A stretch of 63,925 bases of DNA, filler included, from Chlamydiia bacterium (GTDB lineage Bacteria; Chlamydiota; Chlamydiia; Chlamydiales; FEN-1388): the NCBI GenBank assembly GCA_903848235.1. It is 7 parts of 7 records of this genome, joined end to end, with 100 filler letters (N's around TTAATTAATTAA, not from the genome) between each part and the next. Parts side by side here need not be neighbours in the genome. Positions count along the whole stretch, not along the records: positions 31,665 to 41,193 come from CAINFV010000177.1; positions 41,294 to 43,134 come from CAINFV010000180.1; positions 43,235 to 49,121 come from CAINFV010000182.1; positions 49,222 to 55,905 come from CAINFV010000183.1; 3 more parts are not named here. One strand, 5' to 3'. Below are positions 40,085-49,542 of this stretch, piece by piece. The notes under the pieces are model-generated. The model was not told the DNA's origin and searched no databases. It saw nothing but the letters and a program-made list of their open reading frames with translations. Each line of letters begins with the position of its first letter. Position 1 is the stretch's first letter. Made by a program: the position numbers and the translations under genes.

Positions 40085-41050
40085 TTACAAACACATAGAG
40101 AGGAAAAACGGGAGAAGAGACCCTTCTGCACTCTCTTCTAAGCCGGAGCGGATGGCTACTTCTTGCATCTTGAGCTTGTTAATCCAAGTAACAATCGTTG
40201 GCACTCCTCTCTTTCGAACAACTGCCATCTGTCGCTCTTGCGACTTGTTACGAGCTGGCCCATCACTTTCAAGAGCCAGAAGGAGTCTTTCGAGTTGATT
40301 TTTCATGAAGCGCAGGACAGCAATGTCATGCATATCACTGGACTGAAGGAGGCAGTGAGCCACCACCTTTCCATCCCCTGCTAACAGCCCATCGAGCAGC
40401 TGCCACATGGTAGGCTGCAGATCTACATTTCCAATCTCTTCGACATTCTGCAGCGAAATAGAAGCGTCATTGAGCCTATACACACACAGCTTTTCAAGTT
40501 CTTGGATAAGCCCCCATCGGTCAGAAGGAAAGGCCTGCGCCAGCAAGCTAGCAGCATCCTTATCAATGGTCTTCTCCCTTTTTTTGACAAAAGCCTGAAT
40601 CCAGCTCACGATAAACGGCTGGCGCTCCCACGGCTTCATATCGGGAAGAAGAAAAGCTGCACCATGCTCTTGCGCATCGGCAAGGAGATCTTTAGGAACG
40701 GCATCTGAATCAAGGAAGAGAAAACAGACATCGTCCTGTGCTTTTCCCGCAATAGAGGCAATTTCAGCACTCTTTTTGCCCTTGACACTGCCTACCCCTT
40801 CGACAATATAGAGTGTCTTTGTCCCAAACAGAGAGGGGCCTTCCTGCAGCTGATTTGCCTGCGCAAGAAAATCTGCTGCCGACACCCTCTTCACATCACC
40901 ATCAGGGTATTTTTTCTTCCAAAATTCTACATACCGTTCTTTACAGTCATCACGGAAAAAATCATCGCTTCCTTCAATGACAAGCAGGCGATATGGCTGG
41001 TCTACTGTTGATAACGTTCTATAGATAGACGACAGGTCAGAGATTTTCAT
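40085..41050 (-). CDS. holA: DNA polymerase III delta subunit (probable start ATG 41050)
   Basis: SLFG motif, ELEKLCVY, upstream of rsmI as in Chlamydia. Confidence 0.72.
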   Translation of the reverse strand: MKISDLSSIYRTLSTVDQPYRLLVIEGSDDFFRDDCKERYVEFWKKKYPDGDVKRVSAADFLAQANQLQEGPSLFGTKTLYIVEGVGSVKGKKSAEIASIAGKAQDDVCFLFLDSDAVPKDLLADAQEHGAAFLLPDMKPWERQPFIVSWIQAFVKKREKTIDKDAASLLAQAFPSDRWGLIQELEKLCVYRLNDASISLQNVEEIGNVDLQPTMWQLLDGLLAGDGKVVAHCLLQSSDMHDIAVLRFMKNQLERLLLALESDGPARNKSQERQMAVVRKRGVPTIVTWINKLKMQEVAIRSGLEESAEGSLLPFFLSMCL

Positions 41051-41193
41051 GGGAGAGGCTCTTCTAGCAAATGGCGGGACAGCGGAACCCACAACCGTTT
41101 TGGAAATGCCTTTTCTGCCTCATCCGGCTCAACCCAGCATAACTGATCATACTCACGAAGGGGTGGCCTGAGGACGGAAAGGTCGGACTCTGG

Positions 41194-41293
41194 NNNNNNN
41201 NNNNNNNNNNNNNNNNNNNNNNNNNNNNNNNNNNNNNTTAATTAATTAANNNNNNNNNNNNNNNNNNNNNNNNNNNNNNNNNNNNNNNNNNNN
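41194..41293. other. Artificial contig spacer
   Basis: N-run + TTAATTAATTAA + N-run. Confidence 0.98.
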
Positions 41294-41418
41294 CGTTGAC
41301 GCCATCCTTCATGCCAAGGTCGCGCCAGTCCCCACTCAGGCATGCCTCCTTGTTCAACGTAGCGCAGCCGGCCAGAATCAACAGCCCGGCCAGTATGATT
41401 AGGCCACGGAATTTCATG
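41294..41418 (-). CDS. DUF2799-like lipoprotein, 5' part only (not in the ORF track)
   Basis: Hand translation MKFRGLIILAGLLILAGCATLNKEACLSGDWRDLGMKDGVN: lipobox LAGC and CxxxDWxxxGxxDG; RBS GAGG upstream. Confidence 0.72.
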
Positions 41419-41456
41419 GATTCTCACCTCTCTTGCCACTTATTATTGAATGGACT

Positions 41457-41499
41457 AAAAACACAAAACCCCGCTCTTCTTCTGCGAGACACGGGGTTT
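41457..41499 (-). terminator. Terminator-like hairpin in the leader of the DUF2799-like gene
   Basis: Minus strand AAACCCCG...CGGGGTTT followed by TGTGTTTT, about 40 nt upstream of the ATG. Confidence 0.55.
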
Positions 41500-42030
41500 C
41501 ATAAATCAGTCCATGGTACCCTCACGCAGGGGTAAAGACTCGCATGTTGTAATCACCGCTTACACATATAGTCTTTCTTTTACCACAATTCACAGGTAAA
41601 TGCCACTATGGAACGGGAAATAGAAAAACTCATTCAGCCAGGCCATCCAACTCTGACGCTCCACTTCTTCCGCTAATATCTTCTTACATACTTCACAGCA
41701 ACTTCACAGTCAAGAAAAGGAGAAATGATTAAATTAACGGTCGTTGACTCTACCTACGAGTCAGCGAAACTGCGAATCCTGAAAAACAATGAATACGGTT
41801 TGAAATGGAGCAATAATATTGTATCGGCAGCGATAATTTCATGCACCCATATAAATCTTAATAATTCTTATGCCTGATAAGCCAAAATCCATTTGATCAG
41901 AATGAAGAAATAATTATTAAATTAGAACATTTATCATAGCTAATTATAAAGCAGTATATTTCAAAAGGAGTTAATCATGACAAGCAAGTTTTATGGAAAG
42001 TTACTTCCAGACTACTGTGATTTAGTAGAG

Positions 42031-42942
42031 TTAATGGACGAGTTTCACCAGCACCGCTTTTATTTCATCGATAACCAGCTGCGGCTGCTCCAGTTGGACC
42101 ATATGACCGCTTCCTTCCGCGGTGACGAGTTTCCCTTGGGGGGATTGGCCGACCAATTCTTTTTGTAATTCTCTGTAAGCGATATTGCCAAATTCATTCA
42201 AGGCTTCATCTGCGACAAAGCTCTGGGTTTGTGTTGAGACGATCACGGTGAGAGGAATATTACCGACACTTTCCAGGCCGGCGGCCTCAACTTCTGTCCA
42301 GGCATCAAAGGCCCCAAGAACTTCAGCTAATTGACCTGGAGTAAGATTTTTGCTGATGGCAATAACTCCGGTGTGGGTCGCAGCCGCGAAAGCTGGCCCG
42401 GCCCTGGTTAGCAGCGATTCATGTCCCGGATCAACCTGAATCATTCCTAAGACATTTCCCGGATAAAGGTTCTGGTAGTAACGGGAAAGAATGCAACCTA
42501 GAGAATGTGAGACAAGCACAAAAGGCTGATTAACGTTGAGTGCTGTCAGCAGCGTTTTGAATTCTGCCACTCTCTGATAAGCGTCTCTGGGGCAGGTTCC
42601 AAAATCGCTTTTGCCCAGTCCCGCGCGGTCGTAAAGAATAACTTTATTGGTTTTAGCGATCTCTGGAGCAACATATTCCCAGTCAGTAAGCTCAGCAGCC
42701 GAGCCGTTTTCAAAAATTACTGTTGGAGAACCGGAACCATAAGTTTCGTAATAAAGCCGATAACCTCCGACATCAACATAGCCACCGGGATCATTTGTCT
42801 TTTGGCCGCAGCCCCCAAGAACAAATATGAGCAGGAGTGTAACAGGCAAATATTTATTAACAAGGGAAATTATGCGGCAAGGCCGCTCTCCCAAACCTTT
42901 CCAACTTGAAAATCTGACTTGAAACACGTGATCAAGCAACAT
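42031..42942 (-). CDS. Alpha/beta hydrolase, probably a lipoprotein (start uncertain)
   Basis: YDRAGLGKS, nucleophile elbow SHSLG, SGHMVQLEQP; lipobox-like LLLIFVLGGC. Confidence 0.85.
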   Translation of the reverse strand: MLLDHVFQVRFSSWKGLGERPCRIISLVNKYLPVTLLLIFVLGGCGQKTNDPGGYVDVGGYRLYYETYGSGSPTVIFENGSAAELTDWEYVAPEIAKTNKVILYDRAGLGKSDFGTCPRDAYQRVAEFKTLLTALNVNQPFVLVSHSLGCILSRYYQNLYPGNVLGMIQVDPGHESLLTRAGPAFAAATHTGVIAISKNLTPGQLAEVLGAFDAWTEVEAAGLESVGNIPLTVIVSTQTQSFVADEALNEFGNIAYRELQKELVGQSPQGKLVTAEGSGHMVQLEQPQLVIDEIKAVLVKLVH

Positions 42943-43134
42943 CGCGCCCCCAGAGCAGTCATAAGCAAGTGCAATGATAATGTGTTGTAATTTAGCATAT
43001 ATGGCAGAAAATTGAAATGCTTGAGTACAGGAAGCAGTCAATGCTCTATCTACCTACAAGTCCTCACTCCCATTGTGCATTAAGGGGTAAGGATTACTGG
43101 TTGAAAGCAGTAACACTTGCACAATCAGCAAAAA

Positions 43135-43234
43135 NNNNNNNNNNNNNNNNNNNNNNNNNNNNNNNNNNNNNNNNNNNNTTAATTAATTAANNNNNNNNNN
43201 NNNNNNNNNNNNNNNNNNNNNNNNNNNNNNNNNN
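43135..43234. other. Artificial contig spacer
   Basis: N-run + TTAATTAATTAA + N-run. Confidence 0.98.
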
Positions 43235-43374
43235 ACAGAGACAGCATACTTGTAGTAATTGTGGATATAGCGTGCATCGCGATCTCAATGCCGCTGAAAA
43301 TATTTTGGCCCTTGGATTAGATGGCCTGGGCGTTTGCTCTAGAAGCCTCTGCCTTTAGGCAGGGGAGTAATCAC
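43235..43374 (+). mobile_element. IS200/IS605-family right end
   Basis: Subterminal hairpin CCTCTGCC-TTTA-GGCAGGGG then AGTAATCAC, ending in TCAC right after tnpB. Confidence 0.82.
43236..43358 (+). CDS. tnpB: TnpB RNA-guided nuclease, C-terminal fragment (not in the ORF track)
   Basis: Hand translation QRQHTCSNCGYSVHRDLNAAENILALGLDGLGVCSRSLCL*: CxxCG Zn finger plus RuvC-III RDxNAAxNI. Confidence 0.88.
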   Translation, partial: QRQHTCSNCGYSVHRDLNAAENILALGLDGLGVCSRSLCL

Positions 43375-44571
43375 ACGCAATATCACACCCCCTGCTGCTA
43401 AAACGGCAAGGCCGCCAATAGCTACAGGCATCAGCAGGTGAATACCTAAAAATGGCCCTGATGTCAGGGGGCCAGTTCCAAATCCTAGCGCTTCGGCAGA
43501 AGCATGATATCCCATTATTTTCCCAAGATGTTCTTTGGAGGCCATTTCAGAGATCGCTGTCGCTGCAACAGGAAAGAGAAATGAGGCTGCAATATTTTGT
43601 AGGGGAAGGAGCCACCAATAGGTCATGGGGGTATTGAAAACAAATAATGTCCAGATGCAGACACAGAGTGTTATGGCAGCGACAGAAAAAATCCGTAACG
43701 GATTATAGCGACGAAGGGCAGGGCCTACAAGAACCCCGCAGCTTATCACGTACCAGAGGGCGCCATAGCCAAAAAAGAGACTTACTTCACTGGCTGTCAT
43801 ATGGAACTTTTCTACCCACCAAACAGGGATGAAGTCGATATAAAACGACCAGCCAAAGACAAAAAGGAATGTCGCGCATAACAGGGTACGTATCTTAGGG
43901 TCGATTGCCGCAAGCTCTCCAAAGAACGACCTAAGAGTTTTGTGGGGGTGTGGCATCCCTTGTGTTGGCAGTGTTTCAGGGAGCCATAAAAAGACTAAAA
44001 GGGTGTTTGCTGCTGTCAGCACTGTTGATGCGAAAAATGGTCGTAGCAGGCTCTCAGACCAAAATGCTGTTTCTCCAGCGAATAATCCTCCCATAAGGGG
44101 CCCAACAGCATATCCAGCGCCAAACGCCATCCCCATCAATGAGTATCGTCTTCCTTTCGATGAAGAATCGCTGATATCAGCAATGCAGGCATTTGCAACG
44201 CCAAAGCTCGCTACAGAAAGACCCATCGTAATCCGTGCCAGAGCAACGCCGTATAGTGACTCTTGCGATATGCTATAGGCAGCGCCTAACCATGAGAGGG
44301 CGCCGCAGCATAAGCATGCAATGATGACAGGCCTTCGTCCGATCTTGTCAGAGAGATTTCCGACAAATGGGGAGGCGAGCATAGCAATAAGAGGGGTCGC
44401 AGAGATAACCACGCCAAGCCAGATGCCACGAACGGCAGCAGAGGTCTGCGGGTCTACAAAATGCCATTTTGGGTCAAAGAGCATGGAAGAGAACAGTGGG
44501 TAAATCAATCCAAACGCAGATGAATCGATGAAGGCAAGAAGCAGTAGAACAAAAAAGGCTCGTCTCGTCAT
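43339..44571 (-). CDS. MFS transporter (TetA/DHA1-like)
   Basis: GNLSDKIGRRP motif A, ARITMG, ACIADIS, GPLMGG, LPET; about 12 transmembrane segments. Confidence 0.92.
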   Translation of the reverse strand: MTRRAFFVLLLLAFIDSSAFGLIYPLFSSMLFDPKWHFVDPQTSAAVRGIWLGVVISATPLIAMLASPFVGNLSDKIGRRPVIIACLCCGALSWLGAAYSISQESLYGVALARITMGLSVASFGVANACIADISDSSSKGRRYSLMGMAFGAGYAVGPLMGGLFAGETAFWSESLLRPFFASTVLTAANTLLVFLWLPETLPTQGMPHPHKTLRSFFGELAAIDPKIRTLLCATFLFVFGWSFYIDFIPVWWVEKFHMTASEVSLFFGYGALWYVISCGVLVGPALRRYNPLRIFSVAAITLCVCIWTLFVFNTPMTYWWLLPLQNIAASFLFPVAATAISEMASKEHLGKIMGYHASAEALGFGTGPLTSGPFLGIHLLMPVAIGGLAVLAAGGVILRVITPLPKGRGF

Positions 44572-44608
44572 CTATTTCTTTCCAGTCCTTAAGAGGAGGT
44601 GGGATCCA

Positions 44609-45391
44609 TCATCCAGTGAACAGTCCGCCATCGACGACAAGAACCTGCCCTGTGATATAGGCGCTCATTTCAGAGGCAAGAAAAAGGGCTGCATGTGCAA
44701 CATCAAGGGGAGATCCCATATGTCCCAATGGTATCTGCCGCGTGGCGATCTCTATTTTCTCCTGCCCTAGTGCCTCTGTCATCCCCGTTTCAATAAATCC
44801 GGGGGCAATGCAGTTGACAAGGATATTGCGTGAAGAGAGCTCTCTGCTCAGGGATTTCGAAAAACCGATAATACCTGCTTTTGACGCTGCGTAGTTTGTT
44901 TGCCCTGGATTTCCTGCTAATCCAACAATAGAGGAGATATTGATAATTCGTCCCCCTTTGGCCTTCATCATTGGGCGGCATGCGTGCTGGCAGGTGAGAA
45001 AACAGGATTTGAGGTTTATGTCGATGACTTTATCCCAGTCTTCTTCAGACATGCGCATCAGAAGCCCATCACGGGTGATGCCGGCATTATTCACCAAAAT
45101 GTCTAACGTCTGAAATTTTTCAAAGTAGTGTGCGAATAGCTGGTCGACCTCAGCTTTTGAAGAGACATCGCATTGCTCAAAGAAAAAGGCCTCCTTATGC
45201 CCCATGGAATAAATCTCATCGGTGAGCTTTGCTCCTTTCTCTTGATTTGTCCCAACGCCGACGACGGAAGCGCCATGCTGCAGAAAAACGTGTGTAATAG
45301 CCTTCCCAATCCCTGAAGTAGCTCCAGTAATAAGTGCCTTTTTACCTGCTAGAAGTCGTTGAAAGCTCTCTCCTGACATCCATTCCCTCAT
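44609..45391 (-). CDS. fabG: 3-oxoacyl-ACP reductase
   Basis: TGATSGIG, NNAGITRDGL, YAASKAG, PGFIET. Confidence 0.95.
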   Translation of the reverse strand: MREWMSGESFQRLLAGKKALITGATSGIGKAITHVFLQHGASVVGVGTNQEKGAKLTDEIYSMGHKEAFFFEQCDVSSKAEVDQLFAHYFEKFQTLDILVNNAGITRDGLLMRMSEEDWDKVIDINLKSCFLTCQHACRPMMKAKGGRIINISSIVGLAGNPGQTNYAASKAGIIGFSKSLSRELSSRNILVNCIAPGFIETGMTEALGQEKIEIATRQIPLGHMGSPLDVAHAALFLASEMSAYITGQVLVVDGGLFTG

Positions 45392-45393
45392 CG

Positions 45394-46338
45394 TTATGTA
45401 AAAACAGCTTCTAAAGATTTTAGGTCATCAGTTGATTCGATAGACATCGTTGGTATTTGGATCCCAATACGTTTATTTAATCCTGTGAGCGTTTTCCCAC
45501 ACCCGATCTCTAGAAAGCAAGTAACTTCTTGCGCTTCACATGTTTTCACGCATTGGTGCCAGAGGACGCTTGATGTCACCTGGCGTGCCATCAGGGAGCG
45601 TATCTGGCTTTCTGATTCAGCACACTGCCCGGTGACGTTCATGACAACGCGGATGTCTGACATCGATAACGGCACTTCAGCAAGGGCTTTTGCAAGGGCC
45701 TCCTCGGCCTGTCTCATCAATCCGCTATGAAACGCACCATGGACCTGCAGGGGGAGTGTCCTACGAGCTCCTCGTGCCTTCGCTGCCTCTTCTGCCGCAG
45801 CGATTCCTTTTCGTGTTCCAGAGACGACAACCTGCCCCGGGCAGTTGAAATTAGCACACCAGAGGTCTGATGGCAGCTGAAGATCGTCGACCATCTCTCT
45901 GACCTGATCGTCTAAGAGCCCTAAGATGACGAGCATGGTGCCTTGTGTCTCTTCGCAGGCGGTATGCATCAGGGAGCCGCGGAGGCTGACAAGGGGAAGT
46001 GCTATTTCGAAGGGCATGACGCCGGCTGCTGTGAGAGCGGTATATTCTCCCAGGCTAAGGCCTGCAGTACAGACAGGAGTTGGCAGGTCGAAGAGGTGCT
46101 GGAGGGCTGTGAGAATGGCATATGACGTGACAAAGATCGCCGGCTGTGCGACTTTTGTCTCTGTAAGGACAGACTCTGGGCCATCAAAGATGGTCTTCGA
46201 GAGGTTGCTCTTCAGAATGTCATCAGCCTGTTCAAAAATTTCCCGCACGCAAGGATAGGCGTCAAACCATGAGCGCCCCATGCCGACATATTGAGCGCCT
46301 TGTCCGGGAAAGAGAAAAGCACATCGTTTCAACGACAT
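45394..46338 (-). CDS. fabD: Malonyl-CoA:ACP transacylase
   Basis: FPGQGAQ, GLSLGEY, GAFHS. Confidence 0.96.
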   Translation of the reverse strand: MSLKRCAFLFPGQGAQYVGMGRSWFDAYPCVREIFEQADDILKSNLSKTIFDGPESVLTETKVAQPAIFVTSYAILTALQHLFDLPTPVCTAGLSLGEYTALTAAGVMPFEIALPLVSLRGSLMHTACEETQGTMLVILGLLDDQVREMVDDLQLPSDLWCANFNCPGQVVVSGTRKGIAAAEEAAKARGARRTLPLQVHGAFHSGLMRQAEEALAKALAEVPLSMSDIRVVMNVTGQCAESESQIRSLMARQVTSSVLWHQCVKTCEAQEVTCFLEIGCGKTLTGLNKRIGIQIPTMSIESTDDLKSLEAVFT

Positions 46339-46343
46339 ATTTC

Positions 46344-47333
46344 TTAGGTTGCCTCTAATAGGGTAGCACCCCAGGTAAGCCCGCCGCCAAACGCGGTGAG
46401 CAGCACCAGATCGCTCGATGCGATCTGTCCTGTTTGCTGGAGCTTTTCTAATGCTATTGGAATGGTAGAAGAAGAGGTGTTGGCAAACATATCAATGGTA
46501 ATAGCAACGCGGTCTTCAGGGATAGAAAACCGCTTTGCAAGGGCATCGATAATACGGATATTAGCTTGATGTGGGACAAGCCAGCGCAGTGATGATGCAG
46601 GGACGTCGGCAGCCTTAAGGCAGATGTTGATAGCTTCTTCCATCCGTCGTACTGCATGTTTGAAGAGCTCTTTGCCATTCATCTGAAGGCAGTGGAGCTT
46701 GTCGTCAAAACTTGTTGATGATGCTGGAAGACGACATCCTCCGGCAGGAATCTGGATAAGGTCTGATTCTTCGCCGCTAGCACCTAGATGCGTTGTCTTG
46801 ATACGCAGGCCATGACCGTCGCGGCTGATCACGCAGGCGGCGGCACCATCGCCGAATATCACACAGGTGTTTCTGTCGGTGTAGTCAACGAAGGCAGAGT
46901 TTTTTTCTGTTGAGACGAGAAGGATGGTGCTATAGATGGAGGATTCGATGAATGCCTTGACCATAGTAAGGCCATAGACAAATCCTGAGCAGGCAGCACC
47001 AATATCGACAGCAGCAGCTCGTGTGGCGCCGATATCGCGTTGGATTAATGCCGCTGTAGAGGGGCTGAGGTAGTCGGGTGTCATCGTAGAAACGATGATC
47101 AGGTCGATGTCAAGAGGAGAGAGGTGTGCCTGTTCGAGAGCTTTCCGAGCTGCTTTGGCGCCCATCGACGATGCAAATTCATCATCAGCGGCGATTCGAC
47201 GTTCGCGAATACCAGTTCTTGTAAATATCCATTCATCAGAAGTATCGACAAGTTTCGTTAAATCATGGTTTGTTAGAGTTTTTTCTGGTAAATATGAAGC
47301 GATGCTATTAATAACTGCTGACGATTTGGCCAT
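46344..47333 (-). CDS. fabH: 3-oxoacyl-ACP synthase III
   Basis: RTGIRERR, AACSGF, FGDGA, PHQAN, NTSS, FGGGLTWG. Confidence 0.96.
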   Translation of the reverse strand: MAKSSAVINSIASYLPEKTLTNHDLTKLVDTSDEWIFTRTGIRERRIAADDEFASSMGAKAARKALEQAHLSPLDIDLIIVSTMTPDYLSPSTAALIQRDIGATRAAAVDIGAACSGFVYGLTMVKAFIESSIYSTILLVSTEKNSAFVDYTDRNTCVIFGDGAAACVISRDGHGLRIKTTHLGASGEESDLIQIPAGGCRLPASSTSFDDKLHCLQMNGKELFKHAVRRMEEAINICLKAADVPASSLRWLVPHQANIRIIDALAKRFSIPEDRVAITIDMFANTSSSTIPIALEKLQQTGQIASSDLVLLTAFGGGLTWGATLLEAT

Positions 47334-47627
47334 GGCTAATCTTAGTAAGTGGTTTGTGCTCTATATGATACCGTTGTTTCTCTATTGTTGCCAAACGGTA
47401 ATGATTCGCTTATGCTTAGGGACTGGAAAAAAAAATAACTCGAACGATTCGGCTGGCTGCAACCAATTGGTCTGTTGACGATCGCACTCTCGTCCATAGT
47501 ACACTATATGGCTCGTCACGATCGTCAACATTTCAATGGTTTCGCTCACCCGAATCGTTTGACTTATTTCTTTCCAGTCCCTTAAGTTTTTTCGGTAACG
47601 ACAAATTTTTTTAAGGCAGACGTGGCC

Positions 47628-48227
47628 ATGAGATATCCTCCAGCGTTTGATCGATGTGTGTCCTGTTTTTCTCGTTTTCAGGGTATAGGAAGAAAAACGG
47701 CAGAACGTCTTGTTTTTGACATCCTGACACGGTGGGATGAGGCGGCGGTGCAGGAATTTGCGCACGCATTGCTCCATCTTACGAAGGGGATAGTGATCTG
47801 TCCTGACTGTCGTGTTCATGTAGAGTCCCTTCCCTGTCCGTTCTGTGCTGAAGAGCGGAAGAAGGCGGGGGCGTTGTGTGTTGTGGCAACGTCGAAAGAT
47901 GTCTATGCCATTGATGCCACGGGGCACTTTCCAGGGACATTTTTCGTCTTAGGAACACTTCTTTCTCCTCTTGACAATCGTGGCGTTGAGCGCATGGAAC
48001 TCGAGCGCCTCAAGCAGAGGATTGTGAAAGAAGAGATCAAAGAGGCCATCTTCGCTCTTGATTCATCCCTAGAAGGGGATGCGACAGTCTGTTTCATGAA
48101 AGAAGAGCTTAAGGCGCTTCCCTTGAAGCTCACACGCCTTGCTGCTGGGGTTCCTGTAGGAGCTACGCTTGAATTCGTGGATCGAGGCACCCTCTCCAGA
48201 GCCTTTTGCGGACGGCAGACGTTGTGA
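47628..48227 (+). CDS. recR: Recombination mediator RecR
   Basis: GIGRKTAERL helix-hairpin-helix, CPDC..CPFC, LSPLD, EGDAT, GVPVG. Confidence 0.94.
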   Translation: MRYPPAFDRCVSCFSRFQGIGRKTAERLVFDILTRWDEAAVQEFAHALLHLTKGIVICPDCRVHVESLPCPFCAEERKKAGALCVVATSKDVYAIDATGHFPGTFFVLGTLLSPLDNRGVERMELERLKQRIVKEEIKEAIFALDSSLEGDATVCFMKEELKALPLKLTRLAAGVPVGATLEFVDRGTLSRAFCGRQTL

Positions 48228-48278
48228 TTTTTTGATCCAAAGAGCTCTGACGTACCATCAGAATGTTTTTTTCTCTTA

Positions 48279-48824
48279 TCAGACTGTGTCTTTGATTTTC
48301 TGTATCACCCGGAGCAGTGAAGGTTCTGTGCTGTAGTTGGAGATTGCATCGAAGGGAACCCACCGGAGTTCAAGTGATTCGCTCGAACACGTGTAAGAGT
48401 CTTCTTGAGCGCAGAAAACATACCGCACATCGTAGTGGAGATGCGATCCTGCCTTTATATTGGGTGGAATTTCGTGAATGTCAAAATCGATAGGAGCTTG
48501 TGGATGAAGATATGGCAGAAGCGTCGAAATTCCCGATTCCTCAAAAGCCTCTCGACGTGCTACATCATGCGTGTCAGGACATCCGTCAGCATGACCACCT
48601 AACTGAAGCCATTTTCGAAGTTTGGCATGGAATGCAAGCAGAACACAGCGTCGGTCCGATGATAAAATAAAAGATGACCCTGTTATATGGCCCGAGGTAT
48701 GGGTGCGCTCAAAGCAATCTGGAGTTGTTGTTACGAAGTGCGTAAATCGTTCTACAATCCCCATTTCATCTGAAGAAGTCGGCTGGTAGTCGACAAGATA
48801 TTTCAAAATACCTTCTCTGTGCAT
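48279..48824 (-). CDS. NUDIX hydrolase
   Basis: GHITGS, WLQLGGHAD, ARREAFEESG, HLHYDVRY. Confidence 0.9.
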   Translation of the reverse strand: MHREGILKYLVDYQPTSSDEMGIVERFTHFVTTTPDCFERTHTSGHITGSSFILSSDRRCVLLAFHAKLRKWLQLGGHADGCPDTHDVARREAFEESGISTLLPYLHPQAPIDFDIHEIPPNIKAGSHLHYDVRYVFCAQEDSYTCSSESLELRWVPFDAISNYSTEPSLLRVIQKIKDTV

Positions 48825-49121
48825 AGTACGCTCCCATTGTTTGCTGGCGGCAGCCGCTGTGATCGATCAGATGATATGAGCACGGCGAGTACCTTCTGTG
48901 ACTCGAATTTCGATCAACTTCTTATGTCAGAACTCGCTGGAGTGAAGGGTGGTAGCTTGGATTGGAAGAGTTGATAATCTTTTTATAATTTGTTTAAAAC
49001 TGAGCGTTTTCAGCCTTCCAGATGGATCTTGGGTTTCCAGCCCGGCCCAAGTGGCAGGGGCTTTAACAGTTTCTTCTGTAGTTAATCATACCTGATCATA
49101 TTTGGTCAGTATGACTAAGAT

Positions 49122-49221
49122 NNNNNNNNNNNNNNNNNNNNNNNNNNNNNNNNNNNNNNNNNNNNTTAATTAATTAANNNNNNNNNNNNNNNNNNNNNNN
49201 NNNNNNNNNNNNNNNNNNNNN
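49122..49221. other. Artificial contig spacer
   Basis: N-run + TTAATTAATTAA + N-run. Confidence 0.98.
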
Positions 49222-49341
49222 TCTTTGTTTGAGCTATAGCACGAAAAAACAAAAATGCTTTGATCTGGAGATGTGCATTATGATTTTTTGCCAGTTAAAA
49301 CTTGGACAAAATGGGTGGATTTGTCAAGATATGTCCATATT

Positions 49342-49542
49342 TTATCGAGCAGTTACTAGCCCTGTCTCCTCTTTGACCTCTCGTAGGCATGATCCTTTCA
49401 CATCTTCGTCAAATGCTGTCTTCCCACCAACTCCTGTCCACAATCCTTTCAACGGTTCTCTGCTTCTCTCTAGTAGAAGGACATGTCCATGATTCGGATC
49501 TGTGATAAAACAGACGTTGCCTACTGTGAACTTTTTTTCCAT
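49342..49542 (-). pseudogene. Truncated MutT-like NUDIX hydrolase
   Basis: W.GVGGK...REVKEETGL NUDIX box followed by a stop four codons later; about half of a normal domain. Confidence 0.72.

Noticed and set aside
41093..41193. Possible RNase P or SRP RNA start (GAGGACGGAAAGGTCGGACT)
   Set aside because: It does not match the GAGGAAAGTCCGG or SRP GGAAG..AGCAG consensus, forms only a weak stem, and is cut by the contig end.
47382..47927. 181-aa minus-strand ORF
   Set aside because: It is antisense to recR, has no motifs, and is probably a shadow ORF like most short ORFs nested in the called genes.
48825..49121. Possible gene fragment upstream of the NUDIX gene
   Set aside because: Only short open frames without a convincing start or motif.
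48279..49542. Tandem NUDIX gene pair
   Set aside because: The two genes lie on different contigs separated by a linker.
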